A stretch of DNA of 64,000 nucleotides, from the NCBI RefSeq assembly GCF_009914755.1, contig NC_060926.1; one strand, 5' to 3'. The position numbers and the translations under genes are program-made. Positions within the stretch are counted from its first letter, which is position 1. Each line of letters opens with the position of its first letter. Shown here in pieces: positions 1 to 14,492 of this stretch. The notes below the pieces were generated by a model. It made no database searches, had not been told where the DNA came from, and was given only the letters and a program-made list of their open reading frames with translations. The DNA is from the human T2T-CHM13v2.0 reference genome, Homo sapiens.

Positions 1-345
1 TCTTTTCCAAACTCTTATGGCTGTTGACAGAATTCAGTGCTTGCAGTTGTAGGATTACAGTTCTCCTTCTTGCTAGCTCTCAATGGTGGGACTACTCTCA
101 GATACTAGAGGTCACTCCCAGTTCCTTGCCACACAGCCCTCTCACAACGTGACACCTCATTTCTTCAAGACACCAGGATCATCTCTCTCTCTCTTCTGCT
201 AAGATAAAGTTTTATATAATACAACAATCATGAAGGTGATTATCATATTAATAGGTCCCTCTCATTCCCTGTAGAGATAATTCTACAGAGCAGGTACAAC
301 AAGGGGCAGGGATATTGGGGACCATTTTAGAATTCTTCTACCACA
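1..345 (-). mobile_element. MaLR LTR, MLT1G/H-like (cut by window edge)
   Basis: Ends ...ggggaccattttagaattcttctaccaca, the reverse complement of the MLT1G/H 5' end (tgtggtaggcagaattctaagatggcccc). Confidence 0.7.
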
Positions 346-616
346 GCAGTAAGAGAAACAGTGAGTACTATACAGTTTATAGAGCCCAGGTAGGCTCATT
401 TAATTAGGGAAGGTGCCATGGAGAGAGTGACATATACTCTGGTGCTTGAAGTTTAGGTAGGCCATGCCCAAAAAGTTTGCAGTAATAATCAAGGAGGTCA
501 AACAAATCTAGTTCTTAGGAGATTAGAGCGTTTGCCTGCCACCACACCTTGGATAGGTAACTTAACTTTTATAATTCCACATTCTCAGTTATAAAGGTAT
601 TTTAGCATGGCAAAGA

Positions 617-1113
617 CTGGTAGTTTTTCCCTTATATCCATTTCCTCCATTTTCCATAGAAGGAGAACCTCAGTTTTCAGCTGGACACGTGACCTGTTGG
701 AATAAAGATTCTACTTCTAAACTTCCTTTGCAGCTAGATTGGCCACTTGTCTAAGTAGCTAAGTTCTGCCCAATGGGATGTAAACTGATGTAAGTGGTAT
801 GCTCGACTTCTTGGAAATGTCCTTAGAGAGATAGAATATGCCTCTCTTTTTTCTTTTCTTCTTATGGCTGAATAAAATGTGAACACAATGTTTGTAGATT
901 TAGCAGCTACATTAAGCCATCAAAGTATCTTGGAAATGGAAGTTATACATAGCAGAGCAACAAGAATGAAGGAGTATGGGTCTCTGTCATCATGAAATGT
1001 CATTCCTGTCTTGGACTATGTTTGTACTTCTTAAACTTGAAAAAAAAAGCCGTTAAACCACAGTTATTTTTGGTTTCTCTGTTACTTGCAGCTTAATCTA
1101 ATTGTAATGAATA
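617..1113 (+). mobile_element. Old MaLR LTR, MLT1J/K-like
   Basis: Typical internal motifs (cttcctttgcagctag, aagttctgcccaatggga, cagagcaacaaga) and 3' end tttctctgttacttgcagc...gaatac. Confidence 0.65.
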
Positions 1114-1278
1114 CCTCCACTTTATAAAAAATCTATGAAAGCAGCAAGCAATTGAATTCAAAATATATAAATCATTGAGATAAAAAGACATATATATATG
1201 GTTTTAAATGATTGAGTCAGAATAGTATTTTAAAATATTAATTCAGAAGGCATTTGTCATTATGTTTTTGTGACTCAT

Positions 1279-1965
1279 GTCCAGACTTGTTCCTATATTG
1301 GGGAATTCTCCACCTTGTGAATCTCAGTGGTAGGTAGAGTCAACCCGCTGAAAAGCATGGCTTCTAGCTTTCCCAGAAACCCTTGCACCCACGGTAGGGA
1401 CATACGACCTTAGCTTCATTAAAAAGATACTTATCTCCCAGACTCTGAACTGGGGTCTCATGATGCAAAAGAAGACCGGAAGGCACATTCTCTTATGGTG
1501 GTGGCACTTGTAGGAAAGTCTGGTTTTCATGATAGCTGTGGCTGTGTTGTGGAAGGCAGTGTCCAGGGCCCAGAGCTGGTGATGTTGATTTGTCACAGTG
1601 TCTGGAGCTTGGCAGTAATAACAATGATGTCTGCAAAGGACCATTTTTGTCACATAATTTTGTATAAACATACAAAAGCTGGTAGAGTTTCTTAAACCTA
1701 GTTTTTCTGGGCCTCCTGATAATTCTATAAGCTATCTCATATCTTTTTTTATAAAAAAATTTAAAAAATGTATTTTTATTATAAATTGACAAATTAGAGT
1801 TATATATATATTTATGCGGTACAAAGTGATGTTATAATCCAAGAATACAACGAAGAATAATTAAATCAAGAGAATGAACATGCTCTATCCTTTTAATCAA
1901 TTAATTTTCTACTTAAATTAGCCAGTTGTTTTTTGTGTTTTGAAATGAAGAACTCTGACTGATAT
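1279..1965 (+). mobile_element. ERVL LTR, LTR33-like, interrupted by an L1MA fragment
   Basis: 3' end ttctacttaaattagccag...aagaactctgactgata resembles the LTR33 terminus; the sequence resumes after the insert. Confidence 0.5.
1745..1881 (-). mobile_element. L1MA 3' end fragment
   Basis: Reverse complement reads ...aacatcactttgtaccgcataaatatatat...tttgtcaatttataataaaa, an L1MA 3' terminus. Confidence 0.65.
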
Positions 1966-3079
1966 TTCATGATTGGCTTTTATTCCCTTTGTGGCCATTG
2001 CATTCTTCAACTGCACTTTTGAAGGCATCCCTTCTATTCCTTTCAATCCAGACAGTGAGCTATGGGTCATTTACTTCAGATTAAAAAGTATTTAACTCTC
2101 TACTTTTTCTACATGCGGTGTAGGCAAAAGATGCCTCAGGTAGGTAAAGGGAAGATGAGTAGGAATACAAAGACAGAAGATTATAAGATCTGGAGACTTT
2201 GATGAGCCTTCAAAGGAACAATAAACCATTGATGGCCAATACCAGGATTCAGTTGTGTTCTTGTTGCTATCTAGTGAGGACCGTTAATCAACCACAACCA
2301 GGGCATCAGTTGATCTGCTGATCATTTGATAGGATTGATGCTAATCTGTGGTCCAATACTTGCTTAGCACCCCATCCAACCTACCCTGTATTGAACCTGT
2401 TTAATAGCCTAAGGCATTTATAAACCTCCCTAGAAATTTATGGTAGGACCCTGAACACCAAAATCCTCAGGATAGCACAAAAGGTAAATCCCCTATATCT
2501 TCCTGATGTAGGATTAGACAAAGTTAGCTTCATATTTTTCAGTGAACCAAAAGAATGGTGGATCTTCTCCACTCCAACCGTGATTCTAAATTTTATAATT
2601 ATAACATGAGTTGCCTACTTAGATACTTTATTTTAGTTTTGGTTCCTTTATGGCACAGAAACATCATTGTTTATTATTAGGGGTAGGGGTCCTAGAAAGA
2701 GGAGGGTAAGACTAATGTATAAGATGCTTTTCAGACATTAGGAGAGGCTAGAGGAAACTGAAATTGTTTGTCATGATGCTTTTCTTCTCCCTTAGGCAAG
2801 GGGAGAAATCAGAAGAGCTCAGGTATGATAGTTATTTATGTAATGTTGGAAAGAAAATCTTTCTGGGAATAGAACAAAATAAATGAACCATAAAAGGAGG
2901 GATGAATTAGACTATATAAATATTTCTGCATGGTAAAAGTGTAAGTAAAACAAAAAGGAGAAGGATAAAATGAGAAAGCTACCTGCAACATATATGATAG
3001 ACAAAGAGTTGATATACTTAAAAAAGGTCTAATGCATTCATAAAGAAAGAAGAACCATTCTGATTTGAAGTTGTTGGTA

Positions 3080-5008
<1,929 letters not shown>

Positions 5009-5009
5009 T

Positions 5010-5535
5010 ATTTTTATTTATTTTATAAAATATAATGTTTTATGTAACTGAAAAATGAGTTTCAAAATATTACATAAAGCATCATCCCATTTATTCACTT
5101 AAATGTATGTCTCTGTATAGGAAAATAATTTACGGACAATACATATAAACAAATGTTTAGGACTGGTTATCTTTGGGTGATGGCATAATAAAAGATTTTG
5201 TCTCTATATCATTTGTTTATTATTATATTTTTCAAGTTTTTTTTGCTTTGAATATGGAAAATGGTAGTACCATGATTAGAAAACATATATTTTCTAAATG
5301 CTGTTTAGAAAATAATTAAATGCAAAAACCAAAACCATAAAAGAACCAGAAGGAAACATAGGAGAATTATCTTATCTCTCTGCAGTAAAAAACTTTCAGT
5401 GCATAAAAGCAAAGAAGGAATTGACAATTTTCAAAACTTGAGATATTTGCCATTATAAAAATTACATGCAGCAATAAAACATATTAGCTATATTTAAATT
5501 AAAGAAGAAAACCTGGAAAAATATTTGCAAATGTA
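5010..5535 (+). mobile_element. Ancient L1ME-like fragments
   Basis: Degenerate L1 3'UTR and ORF2-like A-rich sequence (ggttatctttgggtgatgg; aaaaccataaaagaaccagaaggaaacataggagaa). Confidence 0.5.
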
Positions 5536-5920
5536 TCTATCAATCAGTAGGGATAGACTAACTTTTGTTAAAGTAACAACCACAAAATAGCAAGAGCTTA
5601 ACACAAGAGTTTACTTCTTATTCATGTAATACAGCCAATGTGGAGCAATGAGAGAGCTCTACTAATTGCAGCCACTCAAAGATCCAGGTTGGCATATGTT
5701 CCTATCTGATTAATAAAATGAAAACAAACGCTTTAAAATCTAGCATTAAGATGTGTAGAGAAAAAGCTTAATTCTGCTATTTGAATTGCTCATTGGGAGT
5801 GTAGCATAGGTTGCAAATTTTCTGGGGGGAAAAAGCCACCAGCATATGATTCTCAGTAACTAATTTCATAGACATAATCTGCATAGAAAAATGATTAGAG
5901 TAAAACACAAAGTATTTTTA

Positions 5921-6175
5921 CTTATTTTTGGTTAAAAAACTTTAATTATTATTATCATTTTTTTTCTACAGGTGAGCAAGAGAAAAGCATTAACAAATTT
6001 ACTTAATTATTTGAGGCAAGATCTCACTCTGTCCCCCAGACTGGAGCATTTTTAAATAGAGATAGAGTCTTACTGTGTTGCCCAGACTAGTCTTGAACTC
6101 CAGGGTTCAAGGGATCCTCCCACCTCAGCCTCCCAAAACGTGGGGAATTATAGGCATGGGCCACCGTGCCTGGCC
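5921..6175 (-). mobile_element. Internally deleted old Alu (AluJ/FLAM-like) with a 3' extension
   Basis: Left arm 6049-6175 fused to the last ~38 nt of the right arm (6010-6048); TSD acaaagtattttta at 5907-5920 and 6176-6189. Confidence 0.85.
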
Positions 6176-6254
6176 ACAAAGTATTTTTAATAGTAAATAT
6201 TTCTAGATTGGCGATGCTTAGTAATTACAGGTGATTTCTATTTTCATCTTGCAT

Positions 6255-7108
6255 TTTTAAAAAATTTTTTGTTTTACTTTAAGTTCGGGATACATGTGCA
6301 GAATGTGCAGGTTTATTGTATAGATATACATGTGCCATGGTGGTTTGCTGTGCCTATCAACCCATCATGTAGGTTTTAAGCCCCACATGCATCAGATATT
6401 TGTCCTAATTCTCTCCATCCCCCTGCCCCAGATCCCCCAACAGACCCTGGTGTGTGATGTTTCCCTCCCTGTGTCCATGTGTTCTCATTGTTCAACTCTC
6501 ACTTATGAGTGAGAACATGCGGTCTTTGGTTTTCTGTTCCAGTGTTAGTTTGCTGAGAATGATGGCTTCCAGCTTCATCCATGTCCCTCCAAAGGACACA
6601 ATCTCATTCTTTTTTATGGCTGCATAGTATTCCATGGTGTATATGTGCCACATTTTCTTTATCCAGTCTATCATTGATGGGCATTTGGGTTGGTTCCAAG
6701 TTTTTGCTATTGTAAATAGTGCTGCAATAAACATACGTGTGCATGTGTTTTTATAGTAGAATGATTTATAATCCTTTGGGTATATACCTAGTGATGGGAC
6801 TGCTGGGTCAAATGGTATTTCTAGTTCTAGATCCTTGAGGAACTGCCATACTGTTTTCTACAATGGTTGGACTAATTTACACTCCCACCAAGTGTAAAAG
6901 CGTTCCTATTTCTCCACAGCCTTGCCAGCATCTATTTGTTCCTGATGTTTTAATAATCACCATTCTGACTGGTTTGAGATGGTATCTCATTGTGGTTTTG
7001 ATTTGCATTTCTCTAATGACCAGTGATGATCAGCTTTTTTTCATGTTTGTTGGCCGCATAAATGTCTTCTTTTGAGAAGTGTCTTTCGTATCCTTCGCCC
7101 ACTTTTTT
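6255..7108 (-). mobile_element. L1PA8-like 3' end, inserted in an L1ME 3'UTR
   Basis: ORF2 C-terminus peptide MFIAALFTIAKTWNQPKCPS; 3'UTR motif ggttttaagccccacatgcat; the L1ME sequence resumes at ~7109. Confidence 0.92.
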
Positions 7109-8129
7109 CTATACTTTCAAACATGTCCCTAATGAGTATGCTATTTGGAAAGGAAAGGGTCAGCAGCAACTGTGCATTTTTTCTTTTACTTTTTGGAGGA
7201 AAGCCTGGGGAAAGAAAGAGGGATGACTTGGTCAAGTACCTTTGTAAATATGCTAATGATAGACTGTCTGGCATACAGATCAGTGGTATTTAATAGTGAT
7301 AGATTATTTATCTACTACATACTTTTTAGCAAGAGGTACCTGGTGTGTCTAGACTTGCTTATATGTAGTAAGTAAACCTGGAATTTATGGGTTTCCGGGG
7401 CATGGCTCACTAGAAAGTGTCAGATAAACTGTGTAGTTTAAAAGTATAAAATAGGGATATTTCCTGACTAAATTAGCTCCCTTTTGTATAATTGCTACCT
7501 GCATCCCCCACATAAAGACCTTGTATATTTAATCTCAACCAGAGCATGTCTTAATGTGGCAAGAAATACCTGGGGTGCAGTGTGGGCAACTTTTCCATGC
7601 TGTCTGTGCCTTGTGGTTCCCTGAATTCTTGAAGTTATTGGTAAGACTTGAAACTGGTTAAGATCTCTGATTCCTTGTGTGTCTGATTTGACAATCTGAT
7701 ACTTTGTATTAGCTTATATTGCTTTTGTTACCAGAAAAAAATGTTTAAGAAATACAAAACAGGCAATAAACTCATAAGAACATAAAGTGCATGCTAGATT
7801 CGAGAAAATATAATCTACTCGTTTGGCTTCCAAATTTATACATGGTTTCTGGGGGGAAGATTGAATGCAATACTCACAAAAAGGCTCTGAAAATTCTATG
7901 ACTGAATCAATTTAATGATCATCAGTGATGCCACTGTAATCTATAAGAATATGAATTCATCCTCAGACTTGCTATTACACCTTAAATACATGACCTCAGT
8001 CAGTCACTTGGCTGCATGGAACATTGGCCTTAGTGAGAACAATTATTTTCTGCCTTCAGCTGGAAGAGCTCACCCCACAGCCCTGATAAATAAGTCAACT
8101 GAGTCAGAGGTTGCGAGATAAAATGGTTC

Positions 8130-8340
8130 ACTGGGCACTTGGGTTAAAGTTCCTGGAATTGAAACCTCGGTACAAAGCTTACCAGCTAAATAACTTTGAA
8201 AATTCAATGAACCTTTCCAAGCTGCAGGTTATTTATTTGTAAATTAGAGACAATCGTATCCTTTCCTTACACACAAATTGTGAGAAATGAAAGTTTATAG
8301 AGGCTAGCACTGTGCCAGACCCAGTGGAGGTGTTGTTATT
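8130..8340 (+). mobile_element. MIR
   Basis: Degenerate MIR core and tail (tttatttgtaaattagagacaat...tagcactgtgccagacccagtg). Confidence 0.55.
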
Positions 8341-10159
8341 AATCATATTAATGAATTCAATGTTTCCAAAAAGCTAATTACTTCCTTGCTTTCACTGAGA
8401 TAAGTTCTTCACAAAACCCTCTATGTTCCTTCATACCTTTTGATATATAGTCTCTTTTTCTGACCAGTTGAAACCCTGTAGGTTACAGTACAAATGAAAA
8501 AACAAAGCAAAATAAATTCCCTTGTGGAGTTTTGAAGAGTAAATAGAAGGAAAGAAAAGTCAACATACTTGTTGATTGGCTTTTTGAGTTCAAGAATGTG
8601 ACCCCAGAGAAGTTTGGACTGAAGTTAAGACGGCTGTTGTGGATTTTATATATGTATTGATTTTCAACCTATCTAATAATCATTTCACCATCTTTTCCAG
8701 TTTTCAGAAAGCTCTCTAATACCTTGAACCTTACCAAGCTCCCAATGAGTTATTCAAATAGCATAGCTGAGCAAGTACCTACTGTTGCCAAAGAAAACTG
8801 CTCTATTTTCTTCTTAGCTCAGTATCTTTATTTAATACTTACTGTCAAAGCTGATGGGATTCCAAGGCCCTGATTTCTGTCTGCTGGCCTAAGAGTGACA
8901 TTTTCCATTTCTATAAATCCTTTGGTAGCAATAGAAAGAGGAGCTCTTTTTGATTTTAATCTAAATAGATTTTTCTCATTTTGGAGATGTTCATCTTTAA
9001 CCAGTTAACAGAATAAGGTAAATCTAGTTCTCCTGTGTGCCCAGGACATACGGCTGTGAAGGTGGATTGCTAATTTTGTCCAGTTCTACTTGACACATGC
9101 AGAATAACCCTCTTTTCCCACCAGGGCACTATACTTGACTACAGCAAGAGCCCTTACTGCATTCTGTATGGATGTCACGGAACTCCAAGCATTCAACAGT
9201 AATGACTCTGAAGTTACATTTCTTTTCGATGGTTTCATCTCCTGAAATTCATCTTTCTAATTTCTGCTGTTCTGAATCCCAGCAGAGTTATGATGAGCTT
9301 AAGTGTTCATCAATTAATGTCAAAATCCAATGTAACACCTCCAGAATGGCCTTTGACAACCACTGGAATACAAAATGAATTCACTAATGATCAGCTCCTG
9401 AGCAGAAAGAGTCTTAGGAATTTGTGATGATGGGACATTTAGGCTCAATTCATAAAATATGCATGGGTTTTTAAAATAGGAATTCAAAAAATTTGAGCAC
9501 AGAATAAAATGAGGGCACAAAGAACAGTCAGATGTTACTGAGACCCTGAAACTTTTTTTTTTTTTTTTTTTCAGAATTAGAACTTTTCTTTTGGTTGAAT
9601 ACAGTTTACCCTGGCACTTGCTAGGAAGAAAATTCAGAGGCCTCTCTGAAATATCAACTCTTTCTGACTCATATTTTGTTGGTATTTATTTTGTTGTAAT
9701 AACAAAAAAGGGGCATTTCTATTACTTGTAAGTGCTTCAAAGCAATTGTATACTGATGATTTTCAATAGAATAGGCTTATTTTCTTCTGGGGCTAAAATA
9801 ATAATGCACATGTATTCCTGTGCAAATTCTCATGTGCTCCATTCCTGCTTTATTACATCCACGTCATCAGCTGATAGGGCCCTACAACTACCAATTTTGG
9901 CCCAACCCAATTAAGGAAGGTTTCCAGCACTCCTCTGTCTAGTAAGGGGCTCAGTTCCAAGCAGAACCATGTGACTTTCTACCTTCTGCATGGGGAAGTA
10001 CACTATCCTCAGTGTGCCATAGGGAGCCCATTGACCTCTGCCTATCTTTACAATATCCTCCCACTATGAACTTTGATTCTGGATGTTATAATCAGCATCT
10101 GCTTTCTGCCAACTCTGTGCTGTTTCCTTCACACTTCCAGTTTATTGTATACAATGTTT

Positions 10160-10415
10160 TTCTTGGAATTCCATTTACCGTTTAACTTCCTGAAAGACTC
10201 CCTCTCGGTGTTAGGCAGAGTGAGGCTTTCTCTCCTTTGTGTCCCTATAGCACTTGATTCTGTCTTACAGCCTTTATCACATTTTGTTGAAGTTATGTCT
10301 GCATCTGACTCTTGTATCACTTCATCCTTAGCCCCTAGGAATGGAACCAGTGCATAGTGAGAGCTCAATATTAATTAAATGAGTAAAAGAGTCAATAAAT
10401 GACTGGATGACGGAG
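10160..10415 (+). mobile_element. L2 3' end
   Basis: ccagtgcatagtgagagctcaata followed by an (aatg)-like tail. Confidence 0.55.
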
Positions 10416-10842
10416 AACTGGTATCATACAATCTATATACTCCCTGCCCCTCATTTTATTCCTAGCCTCAGTAAGGCAATTTGGGTTCTCATGGAGCTGT
10501 TTCAAATTCACAGAGTCCTATGGCAGGAAGAGAATTTCAGATTATTTTATGTTCCCAAAAACTAGTCAATTCTATTTATTATGATAAATACTCCCAGTCA
10601 TATGTGTTAAGTTGGGTAGTTGGTATGTAATTTGATTTTAGATTAACCCGAAGATCCTTCTGCTCTCACCTTCACTTCCTTGTAACAAATGCTTAAAAAA
10701 TGGCTCTCCCTACAGGTAAACTTAACAACAGATATATTCACTCATTTCCTCAAGTGCATTTCAAAAGCATCATGAAATGCTTTTGAGTAAGGGACTCCAT
10801 GGGCAACTAACTTTGTGGGCTGTGCCTGACTGTAGTTAGCCA

Positions 10843-11223
10843 TGTCAGTTTGGGTCTTCTAGGAAGCAAATGCTAAAATAAGATTAGACACCTAAGAGAT
10901 TTATTGGGGAAACATCTGAAGCATACAGGGGAAGAATCAAGTGGAGACAGAAAAGGAGGGGGATTGAGTAGGAAGAAATTTAGATTACATTGCATGCTAA
11001 GAACGTTTCAGCCAGGATAAGGGGTCCTGGAGCTGAAGACACCTATTAGAGGAGTCCCTTAGGGATAGGCTTGTATTAGTGCCCATACTGTGCAATGCCC
11101 GTGAAAATGTGGCCTCAACACAAACACACTGGTGGACTCAGAGTGGTGAGGCAGCTGGGGCTGTCAGTTGACTTTGCTCTTTGCAGCAGGAGATCTGAGA
11201 GGTGCATTTTCATGGCTGTCACA
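10843..11223 (-). mobile_element. ERVL LTR16C-like
   Basis: gtttgggtcttctaggaagcaaatgctaa...agatttattgggg and end gagatctgagaggtgcattttcatggctgtcaca. Confidence 0.7.
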
Positions 11224-11224
11224 C

Positions 11225-11450
11225 ACACTGTATTCTAAAGGTACTTTGTCTGTATCACTTCATTTAATCTTTATGACATACTTATGAAAGTGGTAAAGTC
11301 TTTTACTATCTCCATTTCTTCAAGGCATAGAGAGGTTAAGTAACTTGCCCAAAAGTCTAGATCTGATGTGATAAGTGATAGATCTGGGATTTGAACCTAA
11401 GAAGTCTGGTCCCAGAGACTGAGAGCTTAAACACCACATTGTATTGTCTT
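11225..11450 (-). mobile_element. MIR
   Basis: Core aggcatagagaggttaagtaacttgccc...gggatttgaacc. Confidence 0.85.
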
Positions 11451-11799
11451 ACAATTTTCCCTTTTGGAGCACTGTGATGTACCTTCCCATTATCTCACTT
11501 CATCCTACTGCTATTTGAGCTTCTTATTTCACAATGTACGTATCCATAATCAAGGATCTAAGAAGTAAGTAATCTGCTTACATTTGTTTAACCTGGTGTT
11601 TTCCATATTTAATTGCCCATGAAATCCATAGTTCATGCTATCTGTGTTCTCTGGAACATAGGTACGTGGGAAAATATACTAAGTTAAAATGACTGGCGAT
11701 GAATCCTTCCTAAAGAGCAAGGTTTCATATGAGGGGTCAGGGAGTCATTGTGAAGGATGAACACACTTACGTGGGCAGAGATATGTTGCCATGAAGGCA

Positions 11800-12025
11800 A
11801 AGGGAGCAAAAGATTAGGATTCAGCCTAGCAGAGTTCAGGCTTCAGTTCCACTGCTTTCTAATGAGGTGGCTAGTTTGTGAACTAAGACTTAGCTTCAGT
11901 GCTTTAGCTGTCAATCATGGATCACAGTGCTGACTTCCCATGGTGATTTTTCAAATTAAGTATGCATTCATATAAAGGTATTTATCCCAGTGCTTGGCAC
12001 ATAATAGCTGCCATCAATTAGCAAT
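11800..12025 (+). mobile_element. MIR
   Basis: Degenerate core and tail cagtgcttggcacataatag. Confidence 0.55.
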
Positions 12026-13254
12026 TTTCTTCCTTGGCTTTCCCTCATAGAAAGACTAACTGTACCAAATTTATCCTTTAGCCAAGTGCTGGATTTCTCA
12101 GTGATAGCGCCTGATTGACCCAGGTGCACTGGCTCGTTGTTTCAAGATATCCACTGGGAAAATTAATTGGAATCAGAATGTTTTCTGGTAAGAAAGGAAA
12201 AATGTGGATTTGAGGAAAAGTCCATATTTGAACTTTGATTGTAGTCAAAGGGCATCTGTTTTTTAAGATGTACCTTAGGGGACAGGAGAGCTTGGAAGAT
12301 TTGTTTTATCCTCCTTTGCTTTCCTCATATTGTAAAGATAAAAGTTGAACATCCAGAAATGAAAGGGCGGAAAGGTGGAGGAACTATTGGCTCTGGAGAA
12401 GAGAAGGGCAGAGAAAGGCAGATACATTCACCTTGTTCTCTGGGAAGAAAGCAGTCGGCAGGTCCCTGTGCTGACTGCTCCTGCTGTTCTTCTCCTCCTC
12501 TTATACTCTGTGACTTACCCATGGAGTCCCCACTTCTGTGCTATGGATGAGGTTGGGGGTAAATAGGGCATGAACATTAGGACTTTTTTACATATGAGGG
12601 GAGATAGCACTGGAGACATGATTGCATGCCATTCTTCTTTTTCTGTAATCCCAGGGCTATAAAATAATCGATTTCCCTTTTCTTTCCCCTTAAAGACCTT
12701 GCTGCCTTCTCCCTCCCGTCCACAGGATGAGCTCTCCAGGGAGGCTCCTCCTCCTTTGGCTCTCCCTTCTTCATTCAGTCTTTCTGGTTTTACATCTCCT
12801 TTTCCATCCCTGCCCCTCTGATCCCTTCTCTTTGTTCCTTCTCTACACTCTGCACAGGTTATTCATATGACAGTCTCATCTTCTTTCCATTTCCAGGACT
12901 TGGTGCTTCCCCAGGTTTCATCCTGCATGTGTGTATGCTACTATTTGAGCGTCTTTAGTCTTTAAGGGCTGCCACTGGTAGAGATGCCCCTTGCCAGAAG
13001 GCAAGAGCTGTTTGCTTCTAAACATGTATCAATATGTACCTGGTTCTGATCTTTTGTCCTTTCTGGTACAAAGAGACAGATACAGTGATGAGGAGTAAGT
13101 GGGCTGCGGCATGAATTGTATGACCATTCCCTTCCCTCCAGCCTAGAGAGACCAATGTTTATTTTTGAGCCCTGTAAACTCTTTTTTTGATTACAAACCT
13201 TTTTCCTCCCCAGAAGTAGTAGGTTTATCTTATTTCTCTTTTTTTGTTTTCAAA

Positions 13255-13492
13255 TTCCACTAATCCTTCAAGGTTCAACACACATGCTGCACCATCTGGA
13301 AACCTTCCCTGAGCTCCCTGTCAGAGGGAATTATTCACTCCTCTCCGTTCTCAGGAAATCTTGTTTTGGCTTCCTTTATGGCTCTCTGCATCAGTGTGAT
13401 TTTCATGGCAGGTAGTTTTAGTGTCCTTCTGTGCTAAACTGTCAGCTCCCTGAGGGTATCTTCCTCAAATCTGCAGCACCTGGCTCAGTCAG
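13255..13492 (+). mobile_element. L2 3' fragment
   Basis: ccttcaaggttcaa...aaaccttccctga...aaactgtcagctccctgaggg...cagcacctggc. Confidence 0.65.
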
Positions 13493-13507
13493 CTCTTTTG
13501 AAAACAG

Positions 13508-14092
13508 CAATGATTCTCAAGCTTTAGCAGCTGAGAGATGAAATATACAACCAGACAATGGCCAGAGTATAGATGACAATGAAACCTAACCCAACCCAAC
13601 CCAATCCAACACAACACAACCTCTAACTAATGCTTGCAGCAACCAGCCCAAGAAGCCAAACCATAACCTCTGTAGCAAATGGCCCAGAACAGTTGGGACT
13701 TGGCCAAGAAATGCCAGCTTCATGAGTTTTTGACCCCACTTCTAACTCAGAATCAACTAGAGAAAGTGAAATATGCTCCCAAATCAATCCTATAGGCTGC
13801 TCCACTTTTAATAGCCTTCGTCTAGCTTCCCATGTCAGTAAAGCATTCCCACCCTTTGAGTCCCTGCCAAATATAAGTGATGGTGACTGACTCCCTTACT
13901 ATAGCAAGCTCTGAATGAAGAGCCTCTGCTTAGTCTTATTTGGGTGGTCATTTATTTTTACATGGCATAAGAATCATCTGGAGATCTTGTTAAAATACAG
14001 ATTGCTGGGTCCAGTGCCCAACTTCCAATTCAGCAAGGTGGAGCCTGAGATTCTGCATTTTTAATAGTCCCCAGGTGACCTTCAATCAGCAC
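13508..14092 (+). mobile_element. MER5A hAT DNA transposon split by an LTR
   Basis: attctcaagctttag ... agaatcatctggagatcttgttaaaatacagattgctggg...ccccaggtga. Confidence 0.8.
13532..13962 (+). mobile_element. ERV1 solo LTR (MER90/MER110-like)
   Basis: TG...CA termini; gaaatatacaaccagacaatggccaga start; degenerate 4-bp TSD cagc/tggc. Confidence 0.7.
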
Positions 14093-14303
14093 TGAGATGG
14101 AGTGGTCAACTGAAGGGATACTATAAGGAATTATTCATCTATGTTCTTCCACCACCAAATTTCCTTTTCTTTTGCCTTGCCCTCATTTGTCTGGGGAGGC
14201 CATCCTAAGTTCAGTACCTCAGAGAAGAAATGAGGCAAGCAAGAAGGAAATACACAGGAAGTTTCCTCCTGGTTTTTATTTCACAAAATTTAAACTTTTA
14301 GGG

Positions 14304-14492
14304 TAATGGTCCCCAACCAGGGCCCATTTTTCTTGCCACAGAGAACACTTGGAATTCTTAGTTGTCACAACTTGGGGGTATCTAGTGGGTATTTTTAGGG
14401 TGCTGCTAAATCTCTTACAATCCACAGAACAAGCTCCCACCACAAAAATTATTTAGCCAAGAATATCAATATGTTGAGGTTGAGAAACCCTG
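14304..14492 (+). mobile_element. MER20 hAT DNA transposon
   Basis: ttgtcacaacttgggg...tgctgctaaa...ccacaaaaattatttagcc...gaggttgagaaaccctg. Confidence 0.8.

Noticed and set aside
1324-1792. Overlapping 115, 99 and 66 aa ORFs
   Set aside because: Within an LTR33-like element and L1 fragment; no coding signature
9553-9574. T19-CAG strong splice acceptor
   Set aside because: No convincing downstream donor or reading frame; probably a simple mononucleotide run
10761-10786. Hairpin tcaaaagcat-6nt-atgcttttga
   Set aside because: A 10-bp AT-rich stem is expected by chance in 64 kb and is too short for a pre-miRNA
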